DNA from: Takakia lepidozioides
Lineage: Eukaryota > Plantae > Bryophyta
Assembly: GCA_030704615.1 (NCBI GenBank)
Contig: CM060731.1
Coordinates: forward strand, 26,226,001 to 26,290,000
Reading direction: 5' to 3'
Length of the DNA: 64,000 bases
The notes under the pieces were generated by a model. The model was not told where the DNA came from. It saw only the letters and a program-made list of their open reading frames with translations, and searched no databases. Positions 1 to 13,545 of this stretch are shown here, in pieces; position 1 is the stretch's first letter, and every line of letters starts with the position of its first letter. Both the position numbers and the translations under genes were made by a program.

Positions 1-669
1 ATTGCGGATGCAGCAAAGTGAGTGTTTTTTCCCCCCCCTCTCATTAACATTCATTTAAGGTACATTTAGGTTTATCTAATAATATAGTATGATTGGTAAA
101 CATACATGAATCAAAATTACGACATAAGTATTAATGCGTCGTTTACTATGCATATTACACACCACGACTTGATGCCCAAGCTTGCAATCACATTGCACAT
201 GAGGCATTTCGCGCCGGTCTATTTGCAGAATTTTTGCCAGAGCATGTGCCCCATGTGACCAGTTGGTTTCCCAAACAGCACGTAGATGAGATGCGTAGGG
301 TCGAGGGGTATCGTAGGTGTCGTAGGTGTTTTGGCCGGCGACGAGCACCCCCCCCCCCTCCCCCGCCCCTCCAGTTTCCTCAGGCGGTCCCCTGATTGTG
401 GCCTCCTCCCCCTCGTCTGTTTCTTTGCCTGATCCACCTCCAATTGTACTTGATCCGAACGTTGTACCCCCGGCTGCACCTCCGACATTACATCCTCAAT
501 CACCTCCACTTTCATCTCCTCCGCCAGCACCACCTCCACCCACCTCCACCCCACGGCATGTGCGCCCGAACCCCTAGGAAGGGTCGGCTTCGCCCTAGGT
601 TTCCTCCCCTTCGGCTTGGGTGGCCTGAGCCGGATCCTCCTCCCCCCGATGGGAAGCGCATAGGACTAT

Positions 670-1606
670 TGTTAGAGGACGGTAGGGACTTAGACACTTA
701 TACGGGATCTGTAGGGTACCCTTAATTTTTGCACAGACTGAGACAAACAGGAACCTTAGGGGTGACAGCAGCGCACTGTAGAGGGGGTTACACCCACACA
801 GCCAACACAGCCGTCACAGCCACAGCCGCCGTCACAGCCACAGCCCCACAGCCCACAGCCCGTCACAGTCCACAAACACAGCCACACAGCCAGTCACACA
901 GCCCACACAGCGTCACAGTCGTCACAGCCCACACAGCCCACACCCAGTCACAGCCACAGCCACACAGTCACAGCCCGACACAGCCAGCCAGTCACCGCTT
1001 GACACAGCTGTCACGATAATAGGGAACGAAGAGTAGGACAGGGAACGACTGTGGGGAACAACACCTTGAAGGGAACATGTTAGTTCACATACGACGGTTA
1101 GAGAGGGAAACGGTTAGAACCGCGGATAGGAGGATAAAAAGGGGAATTGATGGGAGGACTCAGGAGCGAGGAGCGGAGCGGAAGTCGGAGAGCACGATGA
1201 AGGAGGAAAGAGGATTAGTAGATGCTTGTTATATGCAAAGCTGTAGGGATATTGTAGAGGAGAATAGAGACACAATGGCTTCGGCCTGATACCTGATAAA
1301 TCATAATCTGATACTTATACGATACAATCACACTGTGTAGAGAGATCTGAGTGAAGCTGTGGATTGAATGGAGGAGTGAAGGAAACCGATAAATTGATGA
1401 AGCAAACTGATACTTAATTATCAATGGTAAGGTAGCTAAGATGAATGCGGAAAAGGAAACAAATAGGAAACACCCCCATGATACACTAGCTGTAGGTCAT
1501 GACTGATTGTTCTGCGCGGGCTGAGTACTTAGAGATTTCCAACTCTTCTATCTTGGAGTTTCCGCCTCGGATAGCGAAGGGATGGGTGAGTAAAAGCCGC
1601 GCGACA
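670..1606 (+). repeat. 5' LTR (937 bp)
   Basis: TGTTAGAGGAC...GCCGCGCGACA; direct repeat of 12717-13542; contains a CACAGC-rich low-complexity tract at ~790-1000. Confidence 0.97.
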
Positions 1607-1607
1607 T

Positions 1608-2123
1608 TTGGCGACCATACTGGGGACCTGGGATGAACAACCAGATGTGACAGGCATCTGGTGGGATCATGGTGGTTGGACCATTAAAGAATTTGAAGTG
1701 AATCAAATTCCCTGTGGAACGAAGGAAGAAAGATTGTCCAAACAATTCTTTCAAAGGTTCTTGGAATTGCCAGACGGATGTAAAGAAAATATTCTTAAAC
1801 GAGTGCATGATGCTGATCCAGAATGGGGTCTGGAGAAAGGAGTGATAAAGATTTATCAGGTAGCCTGTAGAGGAAGAGCACGTTGGTTACCAACATTAGT
1901 TTATGTGATAGCGTTGCTATCCATTAAACGAGTAGAGTTTGAAGGCTGGGAAGAAAGAAAGGTGAATGTTTATACTCATATGCATGAAGAGCTTGTACTG
2001 GTAAAGAATTGGATTCCAAAGGATATTTTGTGGATCAAACTCACACCAAGAACAGCTTTTCAGACTTGTTTGCCATATGGTTATATGGTAACGGAGACTT
2101 CAAGTATAGCCAAGGTGCATTGA
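1608..2123 (+). CDS. Extra ORF upstream of gag, unknown function (may continue by frameshift to ~2270)
   Basis: 171-codon open frame directly after the PBS; no recognisable motif. Confidence 0.35.
   Translation: MATILGTWDEQPDVTGIWWDHGGWTIKEFEVNQIPCGTKEERLSKQFFQRFLELPDGCKENILKRVHDADPEWGLEKGVIKIYQVACRGRARWLPTLVYVIALLSIKRVEFEGWEERKVNVYTHMHEELVLVKNWIPKDILWIKLTPRTAFQTCLPYGYMVTETSSIAKVH
1609..1627 (+). promoter_or_regulatory. Primer-binding site, probably tRNA-Arg type
   Basis: TGGCGACCATACTGGGGAC starts 2 nt after the LTR and resembles the TGGCGACTCCACTGGGGA tRNA-Arg PBS of Tat/Ogre elements. Confidence 0.7.
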
Positions 2124-2669
2124 AGCTTGAAAGAAACCCAGGCATATACGAGAGATATTACAGAAGAGAGTTTTGGTTATTGCCACATTAAAAGAAATGA
2201 AAGACATGGGACATGAGTGATGAAAGAGAAGCTAGACGACAAGATATTCATCAAAAAGAGAAAGCTATCTGAAAGCTAATTATCCATATCTTTGGGAGAG
2301 AGGAATAGACATAGGGGAATCATCTGGACCTCTCACACCATCAAGATCAAAAAGTGCATCACCTATACCGGAAGAACTAGAGTTGGATGCCACTCCTTCT
2401 GTTTCTTTGCAAGAAAGATTAAGGGAATTGGTACAGGAAGAAGATCAATCACGAGGTGAAAGATCTGAGGTACATCCTTGGATAAAAGACTTGACAGAAA
2501 TCTTTGATAAGAGTTGGCATGGAACACCAAAAGCAGGAACTCCAGTTTCTGAAGCAGAAGATGAAGAAGGAGAGGATGTGGCAGAGCCAACGGAGAGTTC
2601 AGACTCTCCAACACCATTACAGTTGAGTTACATGAGTGAAAGAAGAAACCCAAGGGCAGAACTTGGAGG

Positions 2670-4530
2670 ATGAAAAACAGAGAGAAGAAATTGGAAGAGG
2701 AAGAATATGAAGAAGTAGACCCAACAGCTGAGGTTGAGACTACAACCAGGACATCCCAACCCGTTGGACCTGGATCAAGTGGAGCACTTGGATCACAGGC
2801 CAACGAAGGTGTCGGCTCAGGGGGATCAGGCGGGCTGCCTGGATCTGGCTCTGGGGGGACAGGGAGTGTGGGAAGTAGTGCAACTGAAGCTGGGAATACT
2901 GTGAATATCGTGGGGCCAGAAGCAGGGAGTGCTCAAGGGCCACCACTTGGTGGAAGATCCACCACAAAAACAACAGGTCCAGAAGGACCAGCACCAGCAA
3001 GGGTGCCAGCACCTGTCAGTGGGCAGAAGGTAGGGCCACAGATGGCGTTACAACCAACACGGGCAAAACCACCCTTTCCAATATATTCAGGAAAAGGGAT
3101 CCCGATGTACACATTAGCCAATTTGAGCACATGTGTATAGTGAACAATGAGAATGGCGATGATGCCAAGATGAGACTGTTTCCTTGTTCACTTATCAAGA
3201 AAGCAAGTGAATGGTATGCAAGATTCCCTGATAATCATTTCCTAACCTGGAATGGCTTGAATACAGCATTTCGAAATAGGTTCAGGACAAGTAAAACTGA
3301 GGATGAAGTGTATGGAAGTTTACAACAGCTGAAGCAGAAGAAGCATGAAACTGTTGAAGAGTATATGGAGAAGATGGAATTGATGATGAAAAAGCTGGCT
3401 GCAGTACCAGCACCCGGTTTACAGAAGACTTGGTTTGTGAGTGGACTAAGACCAGAGTTGCAGAAGAAAGTGGATATGTTACCCATAATACAGTGGAGGA
3501 GGCATTTGAAACTGCAAACAGAATTGAGCAATTGGGAATGCTCAGGAGAGAGAAAAAGGAAGATGAGGACTCTGAAGATGAGTCAGATGAAGAAGAAGAG
3601 CAAGAACTAAAAAGAAAGAGTAAGAGAAAGGAAAAGTTGAAGAGGGATAACTATGAGAAAAGATTGGAAGAAATCTTGAAGAAGTATGCCACAGAGGCTG
3701 CAACACATTGGAGGAAGGGTGTATGGTGTGCAAAGTGCCAGAATGAAGGCCATACCACCCAGAATGCCACATGAAGGAGAAACACTGTACTATCTGTAAA
3801 ATGGATAACCATTCTACTGAGAATTGTTACTACAACAGAAGGACAGCTGCAAGAGAACCTAGGCAAGTAAGGGTGCATCAGGTGCAGCCCCAGCCAAGAA
3901 GAAAAATGATCAGGACCACTATGGTAGGTCTGGTGGTTATAACAATGGCATGGAAGGGAGAGGTAATTCAAGAGGGAATTACCAAGGAAATTCCAGAGGC
4001 AACTATCAGGGTAATCCAAGGGGGAATTACCAGCCCGGGAATCAGGATTATAGAAATAATCCAAGACCAGACCAAGGGCGAGGACCCAATGGTGAAGAGC
4101 TATGTTACTATTGTAATCAGCCAGGACATCGCAAGGCAGCCTGTTCATTCTGGATAAGACACCAGAATGAGATGAGAGCTCCTGTGAATGAGGGCCCAGT
4201 GGTGGCAGCTCACATGGTTAGGCCATGTGTTGTACCAGAAGTAAGTACAATGATAGTAACAAGAAGTAAAGCCAAACTAATACCTCCAGTAGAAGAGGAA
4301 GAAGATGAGACTGGAAGTGGCAATGATATGCCTGAAGATGAAGAGACTTGGAAAGATGAGAAGGAACTGCACAAGGAAGTGGCAGATACTATAAGGGAAA
4401 TGCAAAAGAGTACGGATATTCCTGTGGCAGATTCCTCTGATTCGGATGGAGAAAAGAGGGGAGTGAGGAAGAAAGGAAAAAAGAAGATGCAGACATGCAA
4501 AGTAATGAAGAGACTTTGGCTGAAGTAATA
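2670..4530 (+). pseudogene. gag: gag (frameshifted)
   Basis: Retrotrans_gag-like LFPCSLIKKASEWY...LKQKKHETVEEY...FVSGLRPEL; zinc knuckles CTICKMDNHSTENC and CYYCNQPGHRKAAC; split over several frames. Confidence 0.9.
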
Positions 4531-4618
4531 TGTCAGACCAAAGCAGAAATTACCATTGGACAGCTATTAGCTGTGGCACCTTATTGTAGGCACAGGCTGT
4601 ATCAGGCAATCAATCGAA

Positions 4619-7600
4619 TTGCCCAAGACAGGAAACACAGACCTGAACAGCAAGGTGACCAGTTATAATGTGAAGCCGGAAGGGCGAGAACCAGTCATGG
4701 ACTTTGATGATTCTATGCCAGTAATCCAATTGAGAATTGGAAGCACAGAACTAACTGATGTACTGATAGATGGTGGTTCTGGAGTAAATATCATGACAGA
4801 CCAATTAAGGAAGAAGCTTGGTCTAAGTAACATGAAACCAGCCCCATTTACAGTAACAATGGCAGATCAAAGAAGTGTACAGCCATTGGGATTAATAAGA
4901 GGAGTTAAGATACAGATACAGAAAATGATCTTTATGATCACAGTAACTGTATTAAAAATGGATGAAGTCATGGAGGCTTACTCCTTATTATTGGGACGTC
5001 CGGCTGAAACAGGCCAGGGTATTCCATGACTGGAATTCTCAGTTACTAACTGTGCATAATGGGATGCACGAGATACAAATTACCACAAAGAAATCTAGTA
5101 GATTACCTGCTACAAGAAGACCTCGAGGAGTCAGAGAGTATGACTGGAGGGGAGGACTGGATGAGGAGCAGGAAGCTACCCTATTTGCTGCACACCCAGA
5201 GTGGGAGCAGGTTGCAGAGATGCGGCTGGAAAGCCTAAGTTGTTTGAGAGGTATCTGCTGTGGTGTAGTGACAGCAACACCAACTGAAGAGAAACCAATT
5301 TACCCATCACATTTCTATGAAGAAGAGAAGGAGAAATAGAAATCCTAGAAGAACCAGCCACTGTGAGCTTACAGGATGAAGTGGTGACTGGTTGGACAAT
5401 CACAGCTGATGAGCAGGTGAGAGAAGTAAATGTGGGAACTCAGGAGGAACCGAGGATGGTGAAAGTAGGAGCTGATTTGGAGCCGGAATTCTTCGAAGAA
5501 GCTAAAAGCTTGTTCATCAAATACAGAGATGTATTTGCTTGGAGCTATGAGGATCTAAAAGGGATACCACCTGAAGTCTGTCAGCATAAAATTGAACTGG
5601 AACCAGGGTCAGTACCAATCAAGCAGGCGAGGTATAGAATGAATCCCAACTACGCACAGAAGGTTGGAGAAGAGATAAAGAAGTTGGCTGAGGCTAAGTT
5701 TATATACCCAATAGAGTATACAACTTGGTTGTCACCCATTGTTATAGTTCCCAAGAAGAATGGCAAACTAAGAGTATGTGTGAACTATAAGAAGCTGAAT
5801 GCTTGTACGAAGAAAGATCCTTTCCCTTTGCCATTCACAGAAGCAGTATTAGACACTGTGGCAGGCCATGAGATGTACTCATTCATGGATGGCTTCAGTG
5901 GTTATAATCAAGTGCAAGTGGCAGAAGAAGACCAAGGGAAAACAGCTTTCATCACAGACTGGGGGGCTTATGCATACAAAGTCATGCCCTTTGGACTTTG
6001 TAATGCACCCGACCTTTCAGAGAGTGATAAGTGAATCTTTTCAAGAGTATCTGGATGATTTCATGCAGGTGTTTTTGGATGATTTCAGTGTGTACAGCTC
6101 TAAGAATGAGCACTTGCATAAATTGGAGTTATGCCTGGCCAGATGCAGGATGAGAGGTCTGGGCTTGAATCCAGAGAAGTGTACTTTCTGTGTGAACTCA
6201 GGGGTGCTTCTGGGACACATTGTGTGTAAGAAGGGACTCCTTGTGGATCCCAGGAAGACAGAGTCCATTAAAGCCTCTCCACCACCAGTGAATGTTAAGA
6301 GTTTAAGGAGATTCCTTGGGCAAACCAGTTATTACAGAAGATTTGTCAAAAGGTATGCACAAATAGCAGCACCATTGAGCAAGCTTCTGAAGAAAGATGC
6401 AGTGTTTGCATGGACAGCTGAATGTCAACAGGCGTTTGAGGAACTTACACTGTCAGTAACAACTACACCTGTGCTGATTAACCCTCACTGGCATGTAGTA
6501 TTTCATGTTCACTGCGATGCATCAGGAGAAGCGTTGGGAGCGGTGTTAGCCCAGAATGTTACAGGGAATATAGATTCACCTGTGTACTATGCTAGCCGGT
6601 TGATGAACAGTGCTGAGAGGAACTATAGCACAACGGAAAGAGAAGCATTGGCAATGATCTATGCAGTGAAGAAATTCAGGCATTACCTATTGGGAAGAAA
6701 GTTTATGTTTTATGTGGATCACCAGGCTCTGATATATCTGGTGAACAAACCTTTGATAAGTGGAAGGATAGCGAGGTGGTTAATAATCTTGCATGAGTTT
6801 GAGTTCGAGGTTATTTACAAGCCTGGCCGTTTGCATCTTGTGGCAGATCATTTGTCACGACTAACAACAGGAGAGGCCGCCACAGGAGTGGACGATCAGT
6901 TACCTGATGCGAGTTTATTTGTAATGGAGGTGCAAGGAAGTGCAGATGAATGGTTAGATTGGCAGTGGCCAATCAGATACTACCTTGCTCATGGTCAGTG
7001 CCCACCTAGTTATGGTAAGGAGCAGAGGAAGAGAATTGCTATCAAGCTTTACCTTATACTATGGTAGGAAGCAGAATGTATAAGTTAGGACCTGATGGAG
7101 TACTAAAACGATGCTTGTACCACCATGAAGTAAATAAAGTCTTGGAGGAAGTTCATAAAGGAGTGGCTGGAGGTCATTTTGGAGAAGAGACTACCAGTAG
7201 AAAGATACTACTCGCAGGATACTGGTGGCCTACTATTGTCAGAAGTGTGATGAATGTCAGAGGCTAGGACCTTTGCAGAGATCTGGAAGAATGGCCTTGC
7301 ATCCTACAATGCCTACGGAACCATTCAGAAATGGGGACTAGACTTTGTTGGACCAATTAATCCACCATCCAAGAATACACGAAACAGGTACATAATTACA
7401 GCCACTGATTATACTACAAAGTGGGTGGAAGCTAAAGCTTTGAGGGACAACACAGCCAAGTCCACAGCAAGGTTCCTGTACGAGAACATACTTACACGAT
7501 TTGGATGTCCCTTAGAATTTATCAGTGATCAAGGAAGTCACTTCATGAATGAGACCATTGAGTTATTGACTAAAGAGTTTATGATTGTGCATAGAAAGAG

Positions 7601-8305
7601 TACAACATATTACCCACAGGGTAATGGACAGGCAGAGGCTACCAACAAAATACTATGTACTATCTTGGCTAAGATAGTCAATGCAAACAGAACGGATTGG
7701 GATACAAAGCTGCTGACAGCTTTGTGGTCATACAGGACTTCATAAAGTCACCACTAAGTATACACCATTCCAATTAGTTTTATGGTATGGAAGCCTTACT
7801 TCCAGTGGAATTCCTGTTACCTACCATGAGAACGGAGTGGGGAAAAAGAATGGAATTGCAAGACTCCATCAAGGTCAGGAAACATGAATTATACCATGTG
7901 GAAGAAGTACGTGCTGATGCAGCTGATAATATGACCAGAATTCAGATGAAGCGAAAGGAACAGTTTGATGAAGGCAAGTTAAAGACTTTTAAGACGGGGG
8001 ATTTGGTTCTATGGTTGCAGAAGAAAGGAAAGATTCAAGCTTCTAAGCTTAAATCACCATGGAAAGGACCTTATGTCATACAAAAGATGTATGATAACAA
8101 CACAGCCATGTTACAAACCATTAACAAAGAAATGCTGGGAAGAGTCAATGCAAATAAGTTGAAGGGGTACAGTGGTATCCATGACAAACCCCTGCAGCAT
8201 GATTTGCATGTTGAACCGCAAGAGCAGTCACGGGCTGCACCAGTGTTACGAACGGAGTATGGAACACTTGTCGCTAGGCCCATATATTGTGGGCAAACAA
8301 CGTGA
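4619..8305 (+). pseudogene. pol: pol: protease, RT, RNase H, integrase (frameshifted)
   Basis: PR VLIDGGSGVN; RT SFMDGFSGYNQV and VFLDDF; RH HCDAS...YSTTEREALA...VDHQAL; IN WGLDFVGP, ISDQGSHF, GNGQAEATNK; GPY motif WKGPY. Confidence 0.95.
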
Positions 8306-9141
8306 CACAGCCTATCACAGCCATTTGACATGGTTCGGTTTTGACACAGCCTATCACAGCAACACATTGGTTGGCCTATCACAGCAACACCTATCACAGC
8401 TTACCACAGTGCACACAGTACACAGTATGACACTGTCACAGCTCAACACAGCCTACTAAAGTTACACGATCCATAGAATCAGTGACAAGTGGACACATAA
8501 AAACTTCAGGAAAATGGCTGAAGGAAGAAGAAACGGAAATTAATTTAAAAATAGACACGTGGAGGTCAGGGTGCGACACACAGCAGAGAATGAAGTGCAA
8601 GGACAGGTGTCAAAAAGAAAGAGGACAAGAACGGCCGTCAAAAGGGATGAAAGGCGGGCCCATTAATGAATACGGAAAAAGGGAAACAGAACGAACGGCA
8701 AGTACAGAAAAACTGAATTCATGTCGCATGTGTGATCCTAGTGGACTATCCAACAGGGAAAGTCCACTAAAGAAGATAAAAGTTAAAATCCAGTCACAGC
8801 GGATACAGCCAATAGAAAACCAGAAAATGATCAAGAAAATGGAGGGAAATTGAGCGCAAGAGGCGGCGTCGTTCTGAGTAACGGGCGTCTCGACAGGACA
8901 GGCCATAAATGCTATAACTTGGAAACTATGGAGGAACTAACAGACTATACGCTCGCAATATTACTTACGCAATGGCAGACACGAAACGAAAGAGCAGAGC
9001 TTTTCTCTTGAACAATGCTTGCAAGCCCCGCAGGCTTACAAGAGATTACCCATAGCTTTCTGCGGCAACCATACGTTTCTGCTTTGTGCACTACAGGCAT
9101 TCCTGCAGTTGTTACAGCCAAAGCAGTTCTGTGAGTCTAAG

Positions 9142-12100
9142 ATGAAGAGAGTGAGAGGAATGGAGGAAATCAGGGTGAAGAGCACCACAATTCTGCAGAA
9201 ACAAACGATGGCTACCCCCCACAGGCGATAAGATACTGAAGGAGCTGAGATTGGAAGGATTGCAAAGCATGGATTGGACACTACACCATAGACAGTACAT
9301 GTTACAATTTTTGCAGAACTTTGAGCCAAAGACAGGAACAACAACGGTGAAGGGAGTTGAATTAATGATTACTCCCCTATACCTCCAGCAATTGTTTCGA
9401 TTGCCAGCAGGTCATGTGTATGTGGAGGAACACAGGGAAAGACTGCAAATAGGGGATTTATTCCAAGAAGGGAGTTTCTTTAAAACTCAGGGTTATGCTT
9501 GTACCAAAGCTGTGTACCCAGGGTTAAAAGACATAGGCCAAGTATTGAACGTTCTGATTGCCCTGAAACAGAACCAACAATATTTGAGCAGATCCTTCAC
9601 AGAGGAAATCCTCAAAGGCTTGAAGGGACAAGAGGTACATGGGCGGACATAATGTACAACGCACTGGTAGAGGAGATGAAAAGATTACAAGGTACTACCG
9701 CAAAATCTCCTATCATAGTGTCTGGCCCAATCATTGCTCAAATAATCCTTATTCTGGCATACTTAATGCACAAGAAAGGAAGGAAATGGGAGTGTTTGAG
9801 CCAGAAACAACTGCAATGGAAGAGCAAGGCTCTTCACACAGTGAGGGTGGACTAGCAGCACAACCCGAGACTAAGAGGCAGAGAAGGGGAAAGACTGTAG
9901 TGGCGGATCCACTGGCTTCACGGATTCCGCATGATAATGTTTCCCAAGCTCATGACCAGGAAGGGGCACAGCAGCACAAAAGAATGTTATTACTGGAAGC
10001 AGGACCTTCAGAGAGGGAGGAAGAAGTTACTTCTGCATCACAACCAACACAGCCACTTGAACGACTTGTCACAAGGTCACAAGTTATCCATGCAGCTCAA
10101 CCCGAAATAATTGATTTGGAAAGTGAAGGGATAGATATTCCAACTACAGAACAGATAGTGGCAGAAATAGAGAAAGGGGACCTTCTCTATGAATATTCTG
10201 GTCTGGTCAAGGAGACAGAAATCCCAGAGGTGCAACAGTTGCCCAAGGAAATCCTGAGGTGCATATAATGCACACACCTGTGTCGGAGGTACCACAGGCG
10301 GAAGGCCATGACACTGTAGCACCGGTCATAAATGAAGTAGTTCAGGAAGAAAATCCGGTGGGACAATGGTCTGAATGGTTAGTGAGACATCATACTGTTG
10401 AAGATCAGGAGGAACAGCAGCAACCTCACCATGATGACCCTCAACAGGCAATGCTGATGAGTTCCATAGGCAGGACACTTAATTTGTTGGGGACTTATGT
10501 CAAAACCCATGTTCCAATTACCCAATTGACAGCCTTGAAAGAAGAACTCAGGAAGGAGTTTGAGGCTCGACTTGCCACTGAGTGTGCAAACAAGGTCGAT
10601 GAAGAGGTCACTCTCAAGATGAAGCAGGACTTGGCCAATACAGAAATGGCTTTGCAATTGGCCAAGCAACAATTGATTGAGGCAGGCCTCGCGCAAGACC
10701 AGTTGCACGAAGCACATAAGCAACAGCTATACCAATGCAGGTGCAGCATGAAAGCAAGTTGCAAGAACTGAATGCACTACATACGGAGTTGCAGACAGTG
10801 CATAACAGGATGGCGATACAATGCGCTACATTTACAACTATGCTTGACCAATCAACAAAAGAAATAAACAGTCAAGCGGAAAAATGTACGAAGGCAGAAG
10901 AAGAGAATGTGGAGCACATGAAGCTCATTGTCGATATGAAGAATACAATCTGTCGCAATGAAGATACTTTCAAGCAATACAGGCAAAGCTGAGAAAAGAA
11001 ATACATCGTGGAGTTGCAACAAACCATCGTGGCCAATAGAAATGAAATCGCGGTCAGTAACAAGGCTTCGAAGAAGCCAATAATCTACTTGCTGCCTATG
11101 CGCAATTGGTTGAGCCACAGGCGAAGCGCATGAAGGCTTTACAACAGCAGTTGGAATTGTATAAGCTAAGAGAGGAGCAAACTCTCAGGGGAACCACAAG
11201 CAGCTTGGTGGATAACAGCCTTATGCAGGTCTGGTTAGCACAAGGGCCAGTAGAGGCAAAGCCCCACGGAAGCTCACCCAAAGCGAGATGAATGAGCTCA
11301 GACTGCAGGTGCAGAACATTGCCACAACTACTATAGACAATGTCTATAGTAGGATAGCAGAGTTACAAGAGGATGTAGACGGACTCCAGACTCAAGTGGA
11401 AGACCTCACTTCAAACATCGACCAAAGAGTCTATATCCCTCAGGAACAGCTAATGGCTTCTTATTTGCAAGCCAGAACTCTGGCTTTTCAGTCTTCACAG
11501 GTGCAGGAGATGCCAATGGTACAGGAACCAGTACCACCACCACCACAACAGGTCAGTACCAGTAGCTGAACCTGTGGTTACTACAACCACACCACAGCCA
11601 CCACAGCCGGAGGTATGGGGCAATGCAGCTTTTAACCCACCTAAAACTCCAGCTGCCAGGGAGTACAGTAGGGCTATGATTATGCCCTTCAACAAATTCC
11701 CATCATGTTGGATTTGGCTTGGAAAGAATTTAGTCCTCCGCAGTCATTCGCACATTACTACTACCAAATCATGCGTATTTGGCTGCCAGTGGCAACCAGG
11801 ACTAAAGTTCTTCCAAACAATCGACATATTGAAGATCATCACTTTGCACAATACTGGCACGAGGCAGGTACCATGTTGAGGGAAATTGGTTGCTTTCCAG
11901 GTTGTACATGGACTCATTTATACCAAGACCAAGGAGATAGCAAGTATTGTCATGGGGTGCGGGCTATACTACGCTGCTTGTTTTCTGATACGTTACCACA
12001 TTGAGCAACAAAAGATGCAAGCACACGCTTTCAAAGTTACTCCAGTGGAGATCATTGGGTATTACCTTCGGTGCCACCTCATATGTACCTATATGACCCA

Positions 12101-12703
12101 AAAGTTATGATACAGAAGGATTCTCAAATTCGTTCATGGTTTCAAGCAGCCTGCAACAATTTGTCAACACAGAAATTCGGACTTGATGACATTTTCTATA
12201 AGGGACATATCGCATGGAAACTTGCACGCTGCACCAGTAATTGGTACCCCCCCACTCATCTGGACAGACAAGGAGCTCAGTGTCTACACAATTTTGCTGT
12301 TCAACGGTTACACCAGGTTGTAAAATGCAAACTTCCAGACATGGTAGGACAGCATTGTATGCCCCAGATGATTCCACAAAAAGTTCGAAAATTAAAACAC
12401 CTGAGAGGCGATGAGGATTCTGATACAACTGTTTCTTCACAAATTCTTTTGACATGGGAGAAGACTATGCAATTCAGATGGAAGAGAAGAAACAAAGGGG
12501 ATCTCCTATGCCGGAAAGATTACCTCGATATCAGCCTCCAGAAGGCCTCACTTATCCAGGTAGTGATCAACCATCTCCGTCAACCAGAGACAGACCTCGG
12601 GCTCGTACACACAGCCCGCCACGAAACTCTCAACGTCAACAAGGTGCTCACTCACAAAGGTTTGCTACTCGAAACAGTAAACCGTGAGGACACGGCTTTT
12701 TGA
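9142..12703 (+). pseudogene. Long sense-strand extra ORF region 3' of pol (Athila env-like/plant transposon protein-like N-terminus plus coiled-coil)
   Basis: Chain of overlapping ORFs with one compositional style; MLQFLQNF...TVKGVELMITPLYLQQLFRLP followed by long E/Q/L-rich helical stretches. Confidence 0.6.
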
Positions 12704-12716
12704 GGGGGAAGGGTAA
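12702..12716 (+). promoter_or_regulatory. Polypurine tract
   Basis: GAGGGGGAAGGGTAA immediately before the 3' LTR. Confidence 0.9.
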
Positions 12717-13542
12717 TGTTAGAGGACTGTAGGGGACTTAGACACTTATACGGGATCTGTAGGGTACCCTTAATTTTTGCACAGACTGAGACAAACAGGA
12801 ACCTTAGGGGTGACAGCAGCGCACTGTAGAGGGGGGTTACATGGCCCACAGTCGTCACAGTCGTCACAGCCAAGCACAGCCCACACACAACACAGTCACA
12901 GCCACAACACAGCCACACAACAGCCGCCAGCCAGTCACCGCTTGACACAGCTGTCACGATAATAGGGAACGAAGAGTAGGACAGGGAACGACTGTGGGGA
13001 ACAACACCTGTGAAGGGAACATGTTAGTTCACATACGACGGTTAGAGAGGGAAACGGTTAGAACCGCGGATAGGAGGATAAAGGGAAACGGGGAAGGGGG
13101 GGGATGGGAAGGACTCGGAGGAGTCGGAGAGCACGATGAAGGAGGAAAGATTAGTAGATGCTTGTTATATGCAAAGCTGTAGGGATATTGTAGAGGAGAA
13201 TAGAGACACAATGGCTTCGGCCTGATACCTGATAAATCATAATCTGATACTTATACGATACAATCACACTGTGTAGAGAGATCTGAGTGAAGCTGTGGAT
13301 TGAATGGAGGAGTGAAGGAAACCGATAAATTGATGAAGCAAACTGATACTTAATTATCAATGGTAAGGTAGCTAAGATGAATGCGGAAAAGGAAACAAAT
13401 AGGAAACACCCCCATGATACACTAGCTGTAGGTCATGACTGATTGTTCTGCGCGGGCTGAGTACTTAGAGATTTCCAACTCTTCTATCTTGGAGTTTCCG
13501 CCTCGGATAGCGAAGGGATGGGTGAGTAAAAGCCGCGCGACA
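12717..13542 (+). repeat. 3' LTR (826 bp)
   Basis: Direct repeat of 670-1606 with a shorter CACAGC tract. Confidence 0.97.
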
Positions 13543-13545
13543 ACT

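Larger units (their letters stand above)
670..13542 (+). mobile_element. Full-length Ty3/gypsy LTR retrotransposon (non-chromovirus, Athila/Tat-like) with extra ORFs
   Basis: Two TG...CA LTRs, 5-bp TSD ACTAT (665-669 and 13543-13547), PBS, PPT, and gag-PR-RT-RH-IN domain order. Confidence 0.97.

Noticed and set aside
997-1015. GACACAGCTGTC in the first gypsy LTR resembling the GACAGCTGTC palindrome
   Set aside because: It is part of the CACAGC low-complexity tract, and that element has conventional LTR ends and a 5-bp TSD.
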